This document shows, piece after piece, positions 34,582 to 48,299 of a DNA stretch of 64,000 bases (positions within the stretch are counted from its first letter, which is position 1; each line of letters opens with the position of its first letter). The translations under genes and the position numbers were made by a program. The notes beneath the pieces were generated by a model. It ran no database searches. It was given only the letters and a program-made list of their open reading frames with translations, and was not told the origin of the DNA. The stretch comes from the human T2T-CHM13v2.0 reference genome, Homo sapiens, in NCBI RefSeq assembly GCF_009914755.1, contig NC_060928.1; one strand, written 5' to 3'.

Positions 34582-35699
34582 TTCAAACATAATCCTCCCA
34601 CTTCACTAGATTAAATGATTTCCTTTTATACATGGTAAAACCAGGACACAAAAAGGAAAGAATTGCCTATAGCCAGATACTGTTTCAAAAACACATGAAC
34701 AAAAATGCCAAAATTAAACATGAAACGACTACTAACCTGCCTTGTCATTCAGCTAGCTCTGGCTGGTGATTATATTTTTCCTATCACTGGTTTAGTTTGT
34801 GTACTTTTACAATATTTACATTCTGGTGATCACCCTCTTCCATTATAACATGAGCCGGAACAGTGAAAAGATGAAATGCTATGCTGTGTGAACTGCATAA
34901 GACATGTTATTGTGCATGTTTCCTTAGTCAAAGCGTACGTTTTGTAGATGTTAATCTTATCCTTCATCATTTCTTATTGCTATGCTGGAACTTCTTTGGC
35001 CCAGCAATCTTCAGTTTTGCCCTAATGTCCTCCACTATTGCTTTGTAAATTAGTACCTGTCATTCCAGAGGAAACAAAGCATGAAGCAAGACATACGTGT
35101 TGTGCACTGCTTGGGCATGTTGCCAATGTATACAGTTAAGGAGGAAAAGAGGTATAAATGACATGTTCACCTCATTATTCTCCCTTATTTCTTTCCTTGC
35201 TATCTCAGGCACCAAATATTTTTGATGTTTTATTTTTATAATGTTACTTTATTATTTTCTTCCTTTATACTCTGTGACCACAATCTCAGCCCAAACATTC
35301 ATCCATTCACACCACGATTACTGAAGTAATCTCCTGAAAGATCCCCGCATGAGCCTAAGGTTTTCCCTGCTTCTGAACACTATACATGTGCAGTCACAGT
35401 TGTTTTAACAATATACTTCTTACACACAACACCTCCCACTCCACATCTTTACTCAGTTGCCCTTGATAATTCCCCAAACTTAAGTCAACACAATCATAAG
35501 CTTGAATATAGAAGTTCTCTGAATCTGGCTCTTATTTCTCTAATGTTTTTTCTTTAAGTTGCAGCCAAGTTTATTATTCATTATTCTACAATTAGGTCAA
35601 CCCATCATTTTAAGTACCTTGGGTGCCTTCCCCCCTTCTCTAATTCTCTAAGTCCTCCTTCTCCTTGAATACTCAGAGTTTCAGCTCTTCCATTAGGGC

Positions 35700-36135
35700 T
35701 GATTAAAGAAAAACTTCAACCAAATTAAATTTAAAGGATTTTAATTAAGCAATGAATGATTCGTGAATCAGGCAGCCCCAGAATCACAGCAGATTCATAG
35801 AGACTCCAGCACAGCCATATGGTGGAAGAAGATTTATAGGCAAAAAAAGGGAAATGATGTACAGAAATTGGCAGTGAGGTACAGAAGCAGCTGGATTGGT
35901 TACAGGTTGGCGTTTGCCTTATTTGAACACAGTTTGAACACTTAGCAATCTACGAGTGATTGAAGTATGGCTGCTGGGATTGGCTAAGACTCGGTTATTG
36001 TTACAGGCACATACTCCTAAGTTAGGTTTTCAAGCTTATCTGACCATTAAGCTAAGCTAAGTTACAATTCATCCACAGGGACTCATATATAGAAGCATGG
36101 AGTCCTTCTCAGGCCATATTTAGTTTGCTTTAACA
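35700..36135 (-). mobile_element. Solo LTR, ERV1 class (MER57-like)
   Basis: Minus strand begins TGTTAAAGCAAACTAAATATGGCCTGAGAAGGACTCC; TG...CA ends; 4-bp TSD GGGC. Confidence 0.88.
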
Positions 36136-36139
36136 GGGC

Positions 36140-37100
36140 TCACCCCCTACTCTGAATTCCTGTCCCAGCCTTCTCCCTTGATATGCAGATTCAGATATCC
36201 AGCTCATGGTCAGCATCTCAAACTTGACCTGTCCAAAATGCAACTCTATGTGCACTCGCACTACCAGTTCCTTTTGCTTTCTTCCCTGTCTCAGTAAATG
36301 GCAACACCATCCAATATTTGATGGGATCTCATATTTTCCTTATTTCTCACGTTTAGTTCATTCATAAGTCCTTTCAATGCTACTCCCCAAATATATTTCA
36401 CATCTTCCTACTTTTCTTTGTTTATTGCTATTACTATGGCACAAGCCATCAGCACTTGGAGTATCGCAACAGTCTCCTGAAATGTCTCTCTCTCATTCAG
36501 ACATATTCTCCTCAAAGCTGCCATTAAAACAGGCAAGTAAATAAGCAAACATAAATCAGATCCTGTTCCTCCCCTGCTTGGAGCTGCCTGCGCTCCTCAC
36601 CATGGCTTATAGAAGTAGCATGACATCTATCTCTAATCTCATCTTGGGCCACTCTCCCTGTGACATATCATTCTAGCCACATTGGCCTTCTGGTGATTCC
36701 TACACTACAACACAACAAGGATTTTTTTTAACTTAGGCACCTTCACTCAGAGCTACTTCTCCTTTCCACAGGCCTATTTTTCTTTGCAGGCTAACTCGTT
36801 TACTTTCAGGTCCCAGTTTAAAACTCAGAGAAGCCTTTGTTAACCACCCTAAATAATGCAGGCTGCCATGCCATTATTTTCTATCACAGAACCCGATTAA
36901 TTTCCTTCATAGCACTTACCACAATCCCTAATTATATGTTCATTTATTTAATTACTTGATATTATAATCTTTTTTAAAAAATCATGTCATGAACACTGGA
37001 ATGTAAGCTCAGTGAAGTCAAAGGCAAGGTCTACTTGTTTATCTTTGTATTTCCAGCACTTAGCATTCTGCCTGGCAGTCACAGCTGCTCAGTGAGGGTT
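36140..37100 (+). mobile_element. L2 LINE 3' portion
   Basis: CATCTCAAACTTGAC..CTCAGTAAATGGCAACACCATCCA..GGAATGTAAGCTC..CCAGCACTTAGCA..GCCTGGCA motif series. Confidence 0.82.
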
Positions 37101-37294
37101 AAATTAATGGGTGCCACTCTTTGGGCACAGATTATCTTCTCCTTAGGGCGATTATTTACCATTGTTGTGAGTTTGTCTTACATTATTTCCCAATACCTAG
37201 AAAAGTACCCTACATATACTTCGACAACAGTAACTTTTAGTGTTAATTAAAGGGGAACCTTGAATTGTCAAACTGAATGTGTGCAGTGAGCTTG

Positions 37295-37859
37295 TGAAGT
37301 GGTATAAACCCGGCGTTTGTTGTCACATACCAGGAAAATTTAGAACATGGACACACATGAGGAGTTTAGGAGTGGAGGTTTAATAGGTAGAAGAGAAAGG
37401 GAAACAGCTTCCTCAACAAAGGAAGGTGTCTCCAAGCGGAAAAAGACCAGCTAGTGGCAAATGCCCCAAGTTTTATAGTCCAGTCTGAGGAGGCAGTGTC
37501 TGATTTAGATAAGACTCATAGATTGGTTCAATCAGGCATGACATTTACATAGAGAAGAGGAGAAGACTGGTCGCCCCATCTTAATCTTCTTATGCAAATG
37601 GACTTTCCAGTTGATTGGAGCCATCTTGTCTGCTCCTTACCATACACATGACTGGCAGAGAAGGGAAGATGGAGCTGCCATTTTGAAAATGTCTAGTCCT
37701 TGGTTCCTGCCGGCATTCACCAGTGGAAGCTCCCAGCTTTCAGGCTGCTCTTTGTTAGAAAATGATTTAGGGCTGCTTTTCATTAAAAAGAAAAGCCTTA
37801 CCAAGGACTCCCATGGCCTTGCTGTCTGCCTAAGGAATTCCTTCTTAACTCCTGTATCA
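37295..37859 (-). mobile_element. Solo LTR, ERV1 class (LTR9-like)
   Basis: Minus strand begins TGATACAGGAGTTAAGAAGGAA..TTTAATGAAAAGCAGCCCTAAATCATTTTCTAACAAAGAGCAGCCTG; 4-bp TSD CTTG. Confidence 0.86.
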
Positions 37860-38877
37860 CTTGGGGGCTTGGGGGTACATTTGTTAGGAAATGGCTTATG
37901 ATTTTTTCGATAATAATCTGAATGGTGGTCAGAAACTTTGAATAAAATTTTAGTATAGCCCTGCCAAAGAAAACAGTACAGTTATGTTAAGAGGATGGAA
38001 TTAACCATGTAAAATTTGGTACAGATTTATCTTGAATTCCGTATCTTCTAAGAGATCCAGAATTACTCTCCTTTGGTTTGGCAAAGATATCTATCTATAC
38101 AAAGACCTGATGCCAAACTTATGATAGACAGGCAATTATCTGATGTTGCAGGAAAATCAGTTTTTTTTTTTTAAATGAATAGACAAAATATAAGCTTAGG
38201 GAGTGGGTGAGGCAGAAAATGTAAATGATAGGATGGGAAGGAAGAAAGCATGTTCAGACCCACTTCCATGAGCCACGCCCATCTGCAATGAGTAAGAGCA
38301 GTTAAGTAGTATATATGGAAATACGGACCAGTTAGGGAGAGGGAATTTATGCAGTTTTTGTATTTGTTTGATTTTTCTTTTTTATGTGTTAGATAAATAG
38401 AGGATCTCTGGCTGAGGCTTTTCACTAAAATGTCTTAAAAATAAATAAATTATAATACCATCTTGAGAATGTGAATGCATTTGAAATAAATAAACTGTCA
38501 TTGTGAGAAAATAAGTTCCATATGTCTCATCCATCTCCCTTCTTCATGTGGTGTCATGGCCTTGTAAGCAAAAGGACCTAATTATCATCCAACAGTCATT
38601 AGGAGGCCCTTGCAGATTTCCTGTGACTTAGATGTAGAAATGACTTGATGGAGTTTGCTGGTTCCTCTTGGAGAACATTTTCTTCTGTTGTCTTTTTTGT
38701 TGGATGTGTTTCAGAAAAATACCTATTTATCTCTTTGCAATATTGTTCTGCTTCATTTTATAAATAAAAAACTTTTTTAGCTACTTCTTGATTTTCTAGG
38801 TTAATGATTATTGTGGCCAAATTAAATCCTAAAATTTTGTGAGTTGGCAGGTAAGGTAAAATCAATTGTTCTTGGCT

Positions 38878-38983
38878 GGCTAACTCCTTTTCTTTCAGTT
38901 CTTAGTTTAAAACTCAGAGAAACCTTTGTTAACCACCCTAAATAATGCAGGCTACCATGCCATTATTTTCTATCACAGAACCC
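38878..38983 (+). repeat. 106-bp direct copy of 36789-36894, followed by a low-complexity AT tract
   Basis: Manual alignment gives 99/106 identity, ungapped. Confidence 0.95.
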
Positions 38984-41432
38984 TATTTATTATTAATAAT
39001 AAATAATAATAAATAATTAGTAGTATATACAAATAATAAATAATTTAAATAAAAAACAATAAATAATTTTATTATTTATAAATCAAGAATAATTAATTAT
39101 TATAAAATAATTATATAAATAATAAATAATTTTAATAAAAATAAAATCACGCATTATAATTAGGGAATGTATATTTTATTTGTGTTTTTCAGAATTACAA
39201 TAAAGTGTAATTTACTTTGGAAGTAAGCATGGAATATTGAAATCAAGCTGTATAAAATAAGAAGAATTATTAATTTCAATTAAGGATTATTTATATTCAT
39301 AAAGACTTACAGTTGGATTCTTTTATAGAAGGCATCTGTAATATGTTCAAGTATGACACCATTTTTTTAAAGTTAGCTGAATTCTTTATTATTTATATTT
39401 ATCTACAACGTATTCCCTGTATATAGTTCTACAGATTTTAGGCAATTTATATTGAAAAACAAGACAAAAGAAAAACAAAACAAAGGACAGTTAAAAAGAG
39501 CAGAAGAGTGGATTTAGTTGCTGGAAATACCTATTTTGCAAACTGTGCTTAATGTTTTCTGAGAATACTAATATTTTTTCTCACTCATTGAATGAGATTG
39601 TCTGAGATTCTCACAATGATCCCTTATAGGCTCTATTTAATGGTTCACACTACATTTATCAGATGCAATATTGATTTGAGAAATAAATACATATTTTACA
39701 TTTAAGTATATAGTGTTGTAGTAGAGACAGAAAATGTAAGTGAGGCACAAAGCTGTTTTATCACTTGTCTAAACATATTCAACCTGTCAGTGACAAAGAC
39801 AGAGCTACTTTCTTCAGAAACCTAGAATAACTTCTCATGAATCAGAAGTTCGTCTCTAACCGACAGCAAGTTGTGTCTGGAGACTTCTGACTTACAAAAA
39901 AATGGAAAAAGAAAAACCTTAAAGGGGCATTTCCTTGGCTTACCCTGCCTGCCAGCAAGCAAAGTCTCTTCATGAGTTTTTGGCATTTTTTTGTTTTGTT
40001 TTGTTTCCCCCACATGAACAAGCTCAACTTTCATTCTTACACATTTAGAAAGATTCAGTGCAGAGATCTTTTGCTGCTGGTTGTCAAGTCTATTTTCAAG
40101 AGAATAAAAGATTACCATATTTGAATGTTGTTTTTATGCTCAAACCAATGGTTTGAGAAATTCCAGTACTTGCTGAGCTGTTCTGTTCACCTCTCCTGAG
40201 GCACTGCTCACCACTCATCCTGTTCTCTGCTCTGGTCGGCAGATCTGTGAGGAACACACCCACACCTCCCTTCCCCTGTGCCTTTTGGTGGATTGGCCAT
40301 GGAGACATAACCAAGGCATCAGATGGAGGAAAGAGAATTACATCACAGTGTCTGTTCCCAAGACTCCCTCACTATGGTTGGAGGGAAAGGGAAATCAATT
40401 CTAGTTGGCTGCATCCTGGAAGATGGTGTGACTTTATAGTGACAAACCCTGGTGGTTTCTTTGCTGCCTGCCCATGCTTTTGTGGAAAGTCTTTTCATTA
40501 AACCCTCCATGAGTTATCACAGATTAATTTGCTAGGATTCTAATATATACACAGCATATGAGTGGTTCTGTATGTACTCTATATGAATTTTAGTCAGGAA
40601 AACATCCTTAAATCTGGACTTTTCAGCATACTAGACAGGGGTATTTGAACAAATTACTTCACCTTTATTTTTAAAATGGAATCCAGAGCACTTGATTCAG
40701 GGGACTACTAACCAGGAGGATTAAATGAAATGATTTATGTTTATGTAAAGCACCTGGCACTTAGCAGCCATTTTAATATTTTTTAAATGTTAATGCTGAT
40801 TGAAGAGCACTATTTTCTTCTAAATGTCATAGCTATTTATATGTTGTATGTAATCTTTAACATGTGGAAGTGTAATATGGATCTTATTGTCATGGATTCT
40901 AGTGCGTTTACACTCAAAGTCAAAAGTAAGAGAACATCAGATTTATTCTCATAAGCCAAATAACTAATGTTGAAAATATTTGGGTTTCCAGTCAGCCAGG
41001 GATCAGAGATGGTGACAAACTCTACTTAGTCTGGCAAAAAGCAATAATAAACATATGATTTAAATTTTTTTCTTTTTATTTTTAGCTGGGACATCCTCTT
41101 TTTCTCAAAATAGCACAAATTGTTTGGCTTGCTTCATAAATTAGTCAATGATTCTTTTTTGAGAGGAAAAAAGTGGAAATATAATAGTGCCCAGAAATAT
41201 CAGCTCCCCTTCTTTTTTGGAATCCTATTTTTATACTCACTTCTCAATTCTCAGTGCTATTAACAGACAATAATAATCTAGATGATAAAAATTCCATATT
41301 TAATTCCTTTAAAGGACTTTTAGATCATCTAGATTATTTTTGCCTGATAATTATATATATAAAACTAGTGTATAATTATATGGATAGCTGTATATATATT
41401 TATATATAACATATATATATAAACATATATAA

Positions 41433-41480
41433 TGTGTGTGTGTACATATATATATATATATATATATGTACACACACACA
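41433..41480. repeat. 48-bp perfect palindromic (TG)n-(TA)n-(CA)n compound microsatellite
   Basis: Sequence equals its own reverse complement. Confidence 0.93.
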
Positions 41481-41489
41481 AACCAAAAC

Positions 41490-42032
41490 GTAACTGAGAT
41501 GGGTCTCAATCAATTTAGAAGTTTGGGTTTCCAAGGTGAAGGATCATGACCTGTGACACAGCCTCAGGAGGTCCTAAGAACATGTGCTCAAAGTGGTTGG
41601 GTTGCAGCTTGATTTTATACACTTTAGGGAGACAAAATACATCAATCAATACCTGTGAGGTATACATTAGTTCCGCCTGGAAAGGCAGAACATCTGGAAG
41701 CAGGATTTTCCAGATCATACGTGGATTCATAGATTTTCTGATTGGCAGTCAGTTAAAAGAGTTAAGTTATTGTCTAAAGACCTGAAATCAATAGAAAGGA
41801 GTGTCTGGGTTAAGGTAAGGGTTGTGGAAGCCAGTGTTCATATTATGTAGATGAAGTCTCATAGGTGGCCCCCCTAAGAGGCAATAGATGGCACATGTTT
41901 TCTATTCAGACCTTTAAAAGGTGCTACACTCTCAGCTAGTTTCTTCAGAATCAGGAAAAGATCTGGCAAGGGAAGAGGATTCTCTACAGAATGCAAATTT
42001 CCCCACAAGAGACAGCTTTGCAGGGCCGTTTC
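41490..42032 (-). mobile_element. Partial LTR, ERV1 class (MER4-family)
   Basis: GTCTCAATCAATTTAGAAGTTT..GACACAGCCTCAGGAGGTCCT..CCCCACAAGAGACAGCTTTGCAGGGCC; termini appear truncated. Confidence 0.87.
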
Positions 42033-42099
42033 TCCCAATAGATGAAGCTGGAACACTTTGAGTAACGAAACAAAGTATTGGCCTATACTCTGAACTATA

Positions 42100-42370
42100 A
42101 AATAAATATTTATGAGTGGATATTATACACTAAATATAATGTGGTATCTCAGATGGGATCCTGGAACAGAAAAGGATTAGGTGAAAACTAAGAAAGTCTG
42201 AGTAAAGTCTGTTGAGTATGGACTTTAGTTAATAATAATAATGCTCATGTAATACTCATGTAATGTGTTAATAATAGGGAAAACAGGGTGTAGTTATCTA
42301 AGAACTCTCTACACTATCTTTGAAATTTTTCTATAAACCTAAAATTATTCTAAAATAAAAGTTTAAAAAG
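42100..42370 (+). mobile_element. Old L1MC-type 3' fragment
   Basis: GATGGGATCCTGGAACAGAAAAGG..GGACTTTAGTTAATAATAAT..AACTCTCT..CTATCTTTG..CTAAAATAAAAGTTT. Confidence 0.75.
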
Positions 42371-43419
42371 AAAATCAACCATAATCCCCTCACTTTAAAA
42401 GATGTTGTACCTACTCATTTCTAGTCATCTTTCATATGTTGCCAGGTTACCTTCTCTTTTTTCTTTTTAATTAATTAATTTGTATTTTTCATTGATCTAT
42501 CATAGTTGTATATATTTTGTATATCATATATCTATCATACTTGTATATCTTTTGATACATGTACAACTATGAGAAATGTCCTTGTTTCAATACCAACTAC
42601 TTCCTGCTGCCTAAAAATGATTCCTTACCAATGCAATTGGCCCCTCCCAATCTCTTATTTCTTCCGGTGTATCAGTATTACATTTGTCAGAAAATAAGAG
42701 AACACTTGCCCATAATGTTGAAAATAATAGAGGGTTTCTATATCTGACGTAACAAGAAGCGCAGATGTAGATTAACAGTGCTTCGGTATTCTAAGATTTT
42801 CCTAGTCTTTCCCCCTTGAACAACAAAGGGCTGCTGCGCTCCAGGAGGAAGTGGGAGGTTGGGAATGGTTGTTGATGCATCCAGCCCTCAGTGTCTGTCA
42901 CTCTAAGAATAACATACTCCTATGCAATTTTTGTCATTCTTGGCAGGGGACTGTGATTTTTGAAGACTTGAATTAGCTCTGACTCTTAGGCATTGTTACA
43001 AGATGATGCTTCCAGCATTTGACTGGTGTCTTCTATGATCATCTAACTCTCCCTAAATTACTACAACCCTGTTTGGATGGGGTGGGGGAGGGAGGAACCA
43101 TTAAGCTGGACAATTCACTGAAAGTTTCACTATTTTGACACCTACCTGATGAACAGAATAAGGGAGGACATTTTTTTTTCCACACCAAATTGGAGCAAAG
43201 GAATAGCTTTCATTTTCCCATAAATTTCCTGAATCATTTTGTTTTTCTTTTATAGATTAACAAAATGATCTTGTTAAAGGCACTGATTATATTGAACATG
43301 TGTGTTAACTCTGTTTTCTGAAGCAAAGTTGAGGCATAGATCAGAGAAACAGGAAATTGCGTTAAAGTTCCAGGGCCCCCTGTTTAATTAGAATTCTTCA
43401 GAACAGCCCTGGAGGTCAG

Positions 43420-43695
43420 CTTATTATACATATGGCTTGAAGGTGAGGAGCTTGGGCTATGCATCCACACTGCATCAATTTGAATCCCTACCCTACCAGT
43501 ACTGTGACTTTGTGCCTTTGACTAGTGTCTCAACATTTCTGTACCTTAATTTCATCATCTGTAAAATGGGCCTGACAATAATAGTAGCTACCTAAGATAT
43601 TGTGTGGATTAATTGAGTTAATGCATATAAAGCTTTTTTAAAAACTGCCTGACACATAGACAGCACTTAATAAATTTGAGCTATTATTATCATTA
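43420..43695 (+). mobile_element. MIR SINE relic
   Basis: TTTCATCATCTGTAAAATGGG..ATAATAGTAGCTACCT..TGCCTGACACATAG. Confidence 0.8.
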
Positions 43696-43967
43696 GCAGT
43701 TATGTCAGTATATCAGGAGAACAATAAAAGGGCTCTATTTATATTATCATATACTATATATAATTGATATTTTTTCTTTTTCCCTAAACTTAAATGTTGC
43801 CAACCAATTGTGTCTAGAAATATGAAAACACCTCCTGTCCTATTGTTAATTCTTTTCACATGTACATGTCTATATTTTCTTTCAAAGATGAAATGTAAGT
43901 AGCAGAACTCATTCATTAGATACGGCTGTAAAGCAGATGAACCTCAGTTGTTAATTTTGCTTTCCAG

Positions 43968-43975
43968 GAAGAAAG
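43968..43975 (+). other. Candidate 8-nt microexon GAAGAAAG
   Basis: TTAATTTTGCTTTCCAG|GAAGAAAG|GTAAGC: near-consensus acceptor and donor 8 nt apart, with a TGC motif in the pyrimidine tract. Confidence 0.4.
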
Positions 43976-44734
43976 GTAAGCTCAGTGTACTCTGCTGACC
44001 TTTCATCACTTATCTGCAAAAGCTCTGATTTGTGTATCTGGCTGTGTATGACAGCTTTATGGTACATGTTGTCTCAACATTTATATGAGTTAACCTTTTC
44101 AGCATTAAATTCCATTAGTTAGTGGAGGCCCTTCTTTTCTACTAACTCATCTGTTTGGGGTGATACGAACATACGAGTGCTTGGAGATTCAGGTGTTTTT
44201 TATGTGGGGATAGTTATCTATAGGTCTTACCTAGTGTTCTGAGTATATATATAAAACCCACTACTGCTGTATAATAATATTTAATTATTGAATGAGGGTT
44301 GTAGGTTCCTTTCCTTTGATATTAGGTGTGTACAGAGGGAAGAATGTTCAGAAATATCAAGAAGGGGAGGTTGGGATAGGCAAGGAAAGAATAATACCTC
44401 CTTTGTTTTACAAGTGGCAGTGTACTCTGTTTTAGTGTTTACTGTTTCATGACTTTACTTCAAGTTTCCTTGTACCAAATATTACCTCTGAATGGTACAA
44501 TTGTATTTCTGTTTGCTGACCAGGGTGATGTTGAAATAAGAGGAGAAATTATCAAATAGATATGAGATTAGTCTTGTTATTCCCATTTATTCTCTCTTTT
44601 GAATAAAGGTCTCTTAATTCCTGGTGGGGAGAAAGGGAATTGATTTTCTCATCTGTTCTAAGGCATGTGTATAATTCTATTATACAGTCTTAGGGTTTAA
44701 CCCCTACAATTGTTTTACATTACTCTCTAGGGGT

Positions 44735-45340
44735 AGGAGGGCTTTAGGTTTTGAAGGACCTAAAGTTAATATAATTTAGGAGTCTTATTTAGGAGAAATA
44801 ATACAAAATTATGAACAAAAAATCAGCTACTGCTTTAGAATAAAGAAGAATTTCACAACAAATTAATAATTTATGAAAGCTGGCAAATACAAACATCAAA
44901 AAGATCCAGAAATATAACAATTTGTTATTTATAAAATGCCCAATACACCTTCTTTTCTACCTTAGTTGATTCCATACTCGTTGATCAACTCTTTCTTTGA
45001 CAACTGTTTTGTAACATCACTTTCTACAGAAAGAATGAAAAGGTAAATCAGCCTTTCCTTAAACTACATACACATATTCCGCGAAACCTAAGCTAAATGT
45101 ATACCCAATACAACTTCCCCTTATTTGGATACCAAAATGCCACAGCCACTCCTGCTTACCTGACCCAAGGGAAAGTGTGATGGTTGGTAAATTGGAATGG
45201 AAAGAGGGTTCTTAATAGACTGTGGCCTAAATGTATGACCACATGAGCACATTGATGTAGCAGAACCTTGGAAGAGGCCCATGCAACTGAGGGGCCTTGA
45301 AGCTTAAGCTCCATTTGTTTCATAATTAATTCTCCTCTCA
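44735..45340. mobile_element. hAT-Tip100-type DNA transposon relic (MER115/Zaphod-like)
   Basis: GGACCTAAAGTTAATATAATTTAGGAG..AATACAAAATTATGAA at one end and GGGGCCTTGAAGCTTAAGCT at the other; family from memory. Confidence 0.55.
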
Positions 45341-45847
45341 GGGACAAAGCAGTGATGGCACATTGATCCATCCTCCCACCAACAAAGAAACATATTATAT
45401 TATCTATGGGTTATATTATCTCTCGAAGACCTCTAGTTATTGGATGACATTAATATGCTAAGATAAGGATAAGAAGAAATGGTTTTCATTTAAAAAGAAT
45501 AACTATTGCCAATATTTTAAAACACTTATTTGCCTTTAAACTAGAGATTTAACCAAGATCTAGTGTGCACCATATATTAAGTCTCACTTATCAATGTACC
45601 CACAGTAAGAACTATAAAAATATTCGTGAATTATTTACTCAAAATTTCAAACAGGCTGAATGCATGTTTGTTTTCATCTAGCAAGTTATATTTTGATTAC
45701 AGCCTAGTGACCTTGGACTTAGAAAACTTTTTATCTTTCACAAATGCAATTGAATTTCATTAAGTCTTATATCTTATATTTACATTAGGGAGACCAAATC
45801 AATCAACGCGTTGATATAGAAATAGAAATCACTGAGTTTTAAAACAC

Positions 45848-46451
<604 letters not shown>

Positions 46452-48299
46452 AAAACATTTCTTCAACTAAAATGAATCCATTGTAATTGAACTATAAAGA
46501 AAAGAATAAATCATTAATGGCTTATTTTGATTGGGAAAGCATCATTAGCCATAAGATTGCTGACACTCTAGACTTCGAAGAAACCTGTCACTGGCATCAG
46601 TGTTAGATACAAAAAGGCTGCAGTGTGTGATGGTTAGCTATCCTCAACAGAAAGCCTACTCCTTACTGGCAGCATGAGGGAGTCCAGAATATGGACTTGC
46701 AAGTTAGAGCAGATTTCTAATTCTGGCCCAGCTACTTGCTAGCTGTGTTCATGTTGGGTGAATAAAGCAACTTTTTCTAGCTTTAGCTTCCTCTCTGCAA
46801 ATGGGATTATGTACCTTGTAGGATAGCTGTAATGATAATTCAGAGAAATAAAGTACCTGACTCTCCTTCTGACACATTATGGCCGCTTGATAAATGTAAA
46901 TTTTCTTAATTTTTTTCTTGCTTTTCTCCCTATTTCCTTTCCAAGTGAGCATGCATCTTTAGTCATAAATCAATTTTTGTCATTCAGCAAATACTGGGAA
47001 TTATCTACTGTGTAGCAGGGCTTTCGTGCAGTGCAGAGGATTTACAAGGCTGAATAAGACATGGTGCTCCATAGCAGGAGCTCATACGGTAGTAGAGGCA
47101 GAACCATCTAGCTAGAGCATAATGTGATAAATGTTGCCATGGGTGTTCAGAATGTTCAGAATGGGCAACCCCGTTCTTGTCTGCTGCATGACTGAGGTCT
47201 GTCTAGCTTTTCTTTCCAAGCATCCCATTTCAGGAGACATCATTTCATGCATTTCTATTTCAGTATACCCATCTTATGTTTCTGTTATGTGACCTGTTGA
47301 GAGTTCCTCACTTTAATTCTCCACACTGAAGCTGATGTCTGCTTCTATTCTCTGCTCTCCACTCAGGATAATACAGATCAGAGCAGTGGCTTCAAAACAT
47401 TTTTGATTGTGCTACCTCTGTATGAATAAAATAAAATTTGACCATGCAGTTAATTGTAAATATATTTGCTTATCTACTTTTAATAATATATTTTTCATTA
47501 TAGAAAAACATAATTTTTAAGATTGGATGATTAAATTAGGCACTTCTGCTGTTACTCTGTGTATGGATTCCTTTTAAAAAATCTGTATCTTACAAAGTGG
47601 CCTAATAAAAATATTGAGGCTTAGGTTTTCCCATAGAATAAATTAAAAATCACCCAAAACCTAGAGCAGTTTAAAAACAGAACAAAAACAACGATAACAA
47701 TCTGTACAAATATTGGAAGCACAGTGAAATCTTAGTGGGCATTGTCACTTAGCATAACCATCAGTCAGTCCTTCGCAGCTTTGAATCTTGGGCTCATACA
47801 TTCCCCTTTGAGATGGAGGTCTCAAAGAGTACTTGCTTCTAATCGATACCATTTTCATCAAAAGTAAGAGAATCTTATTCCAGGTGTAGACTTCCGAATT
47901 AATCCATTGTTTTAAATGAGAGGGGATGTGTCTTTGCAGTTTCTAGAACTGCACTTGCAGCTTAACCTGTTGAAAAGCTGAGCAGTTCTTAAAATTCCTT
48001 AATAAGCCACTACTGGAAAAAGGCACTTCTATAGATTTTCAGGTTCATTCTTAAGGTTTTCAAGTATTACTAAGGCTTTCTCTTTGATTGTGAGAAAGCT
48101 CATCCCTGACTGCTTCAAAACGTTAGTATTCTGGGGAAAGTCATGTGAATAACTTCTATATCATACTGATATCATTCCCCTGTTTAACGATTACAAGGTG
48201 AGGAAGTTCATGCCTAAGAAACATGTAGCAGGAGATACTGTATTTAAAAAAATAATAATTGTATTTGTGAATAATAGAAAAAGCCTTAACTTAAATGGA

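Noticed and set aside
38800-38850. 51-nt AG..GT-bounded unit with donor CAG|GTAAGG
   Set aside because: Stops in all three frames; could only be a non-coding or terminating exon, and such site pairs arise by chance in 64 kb.
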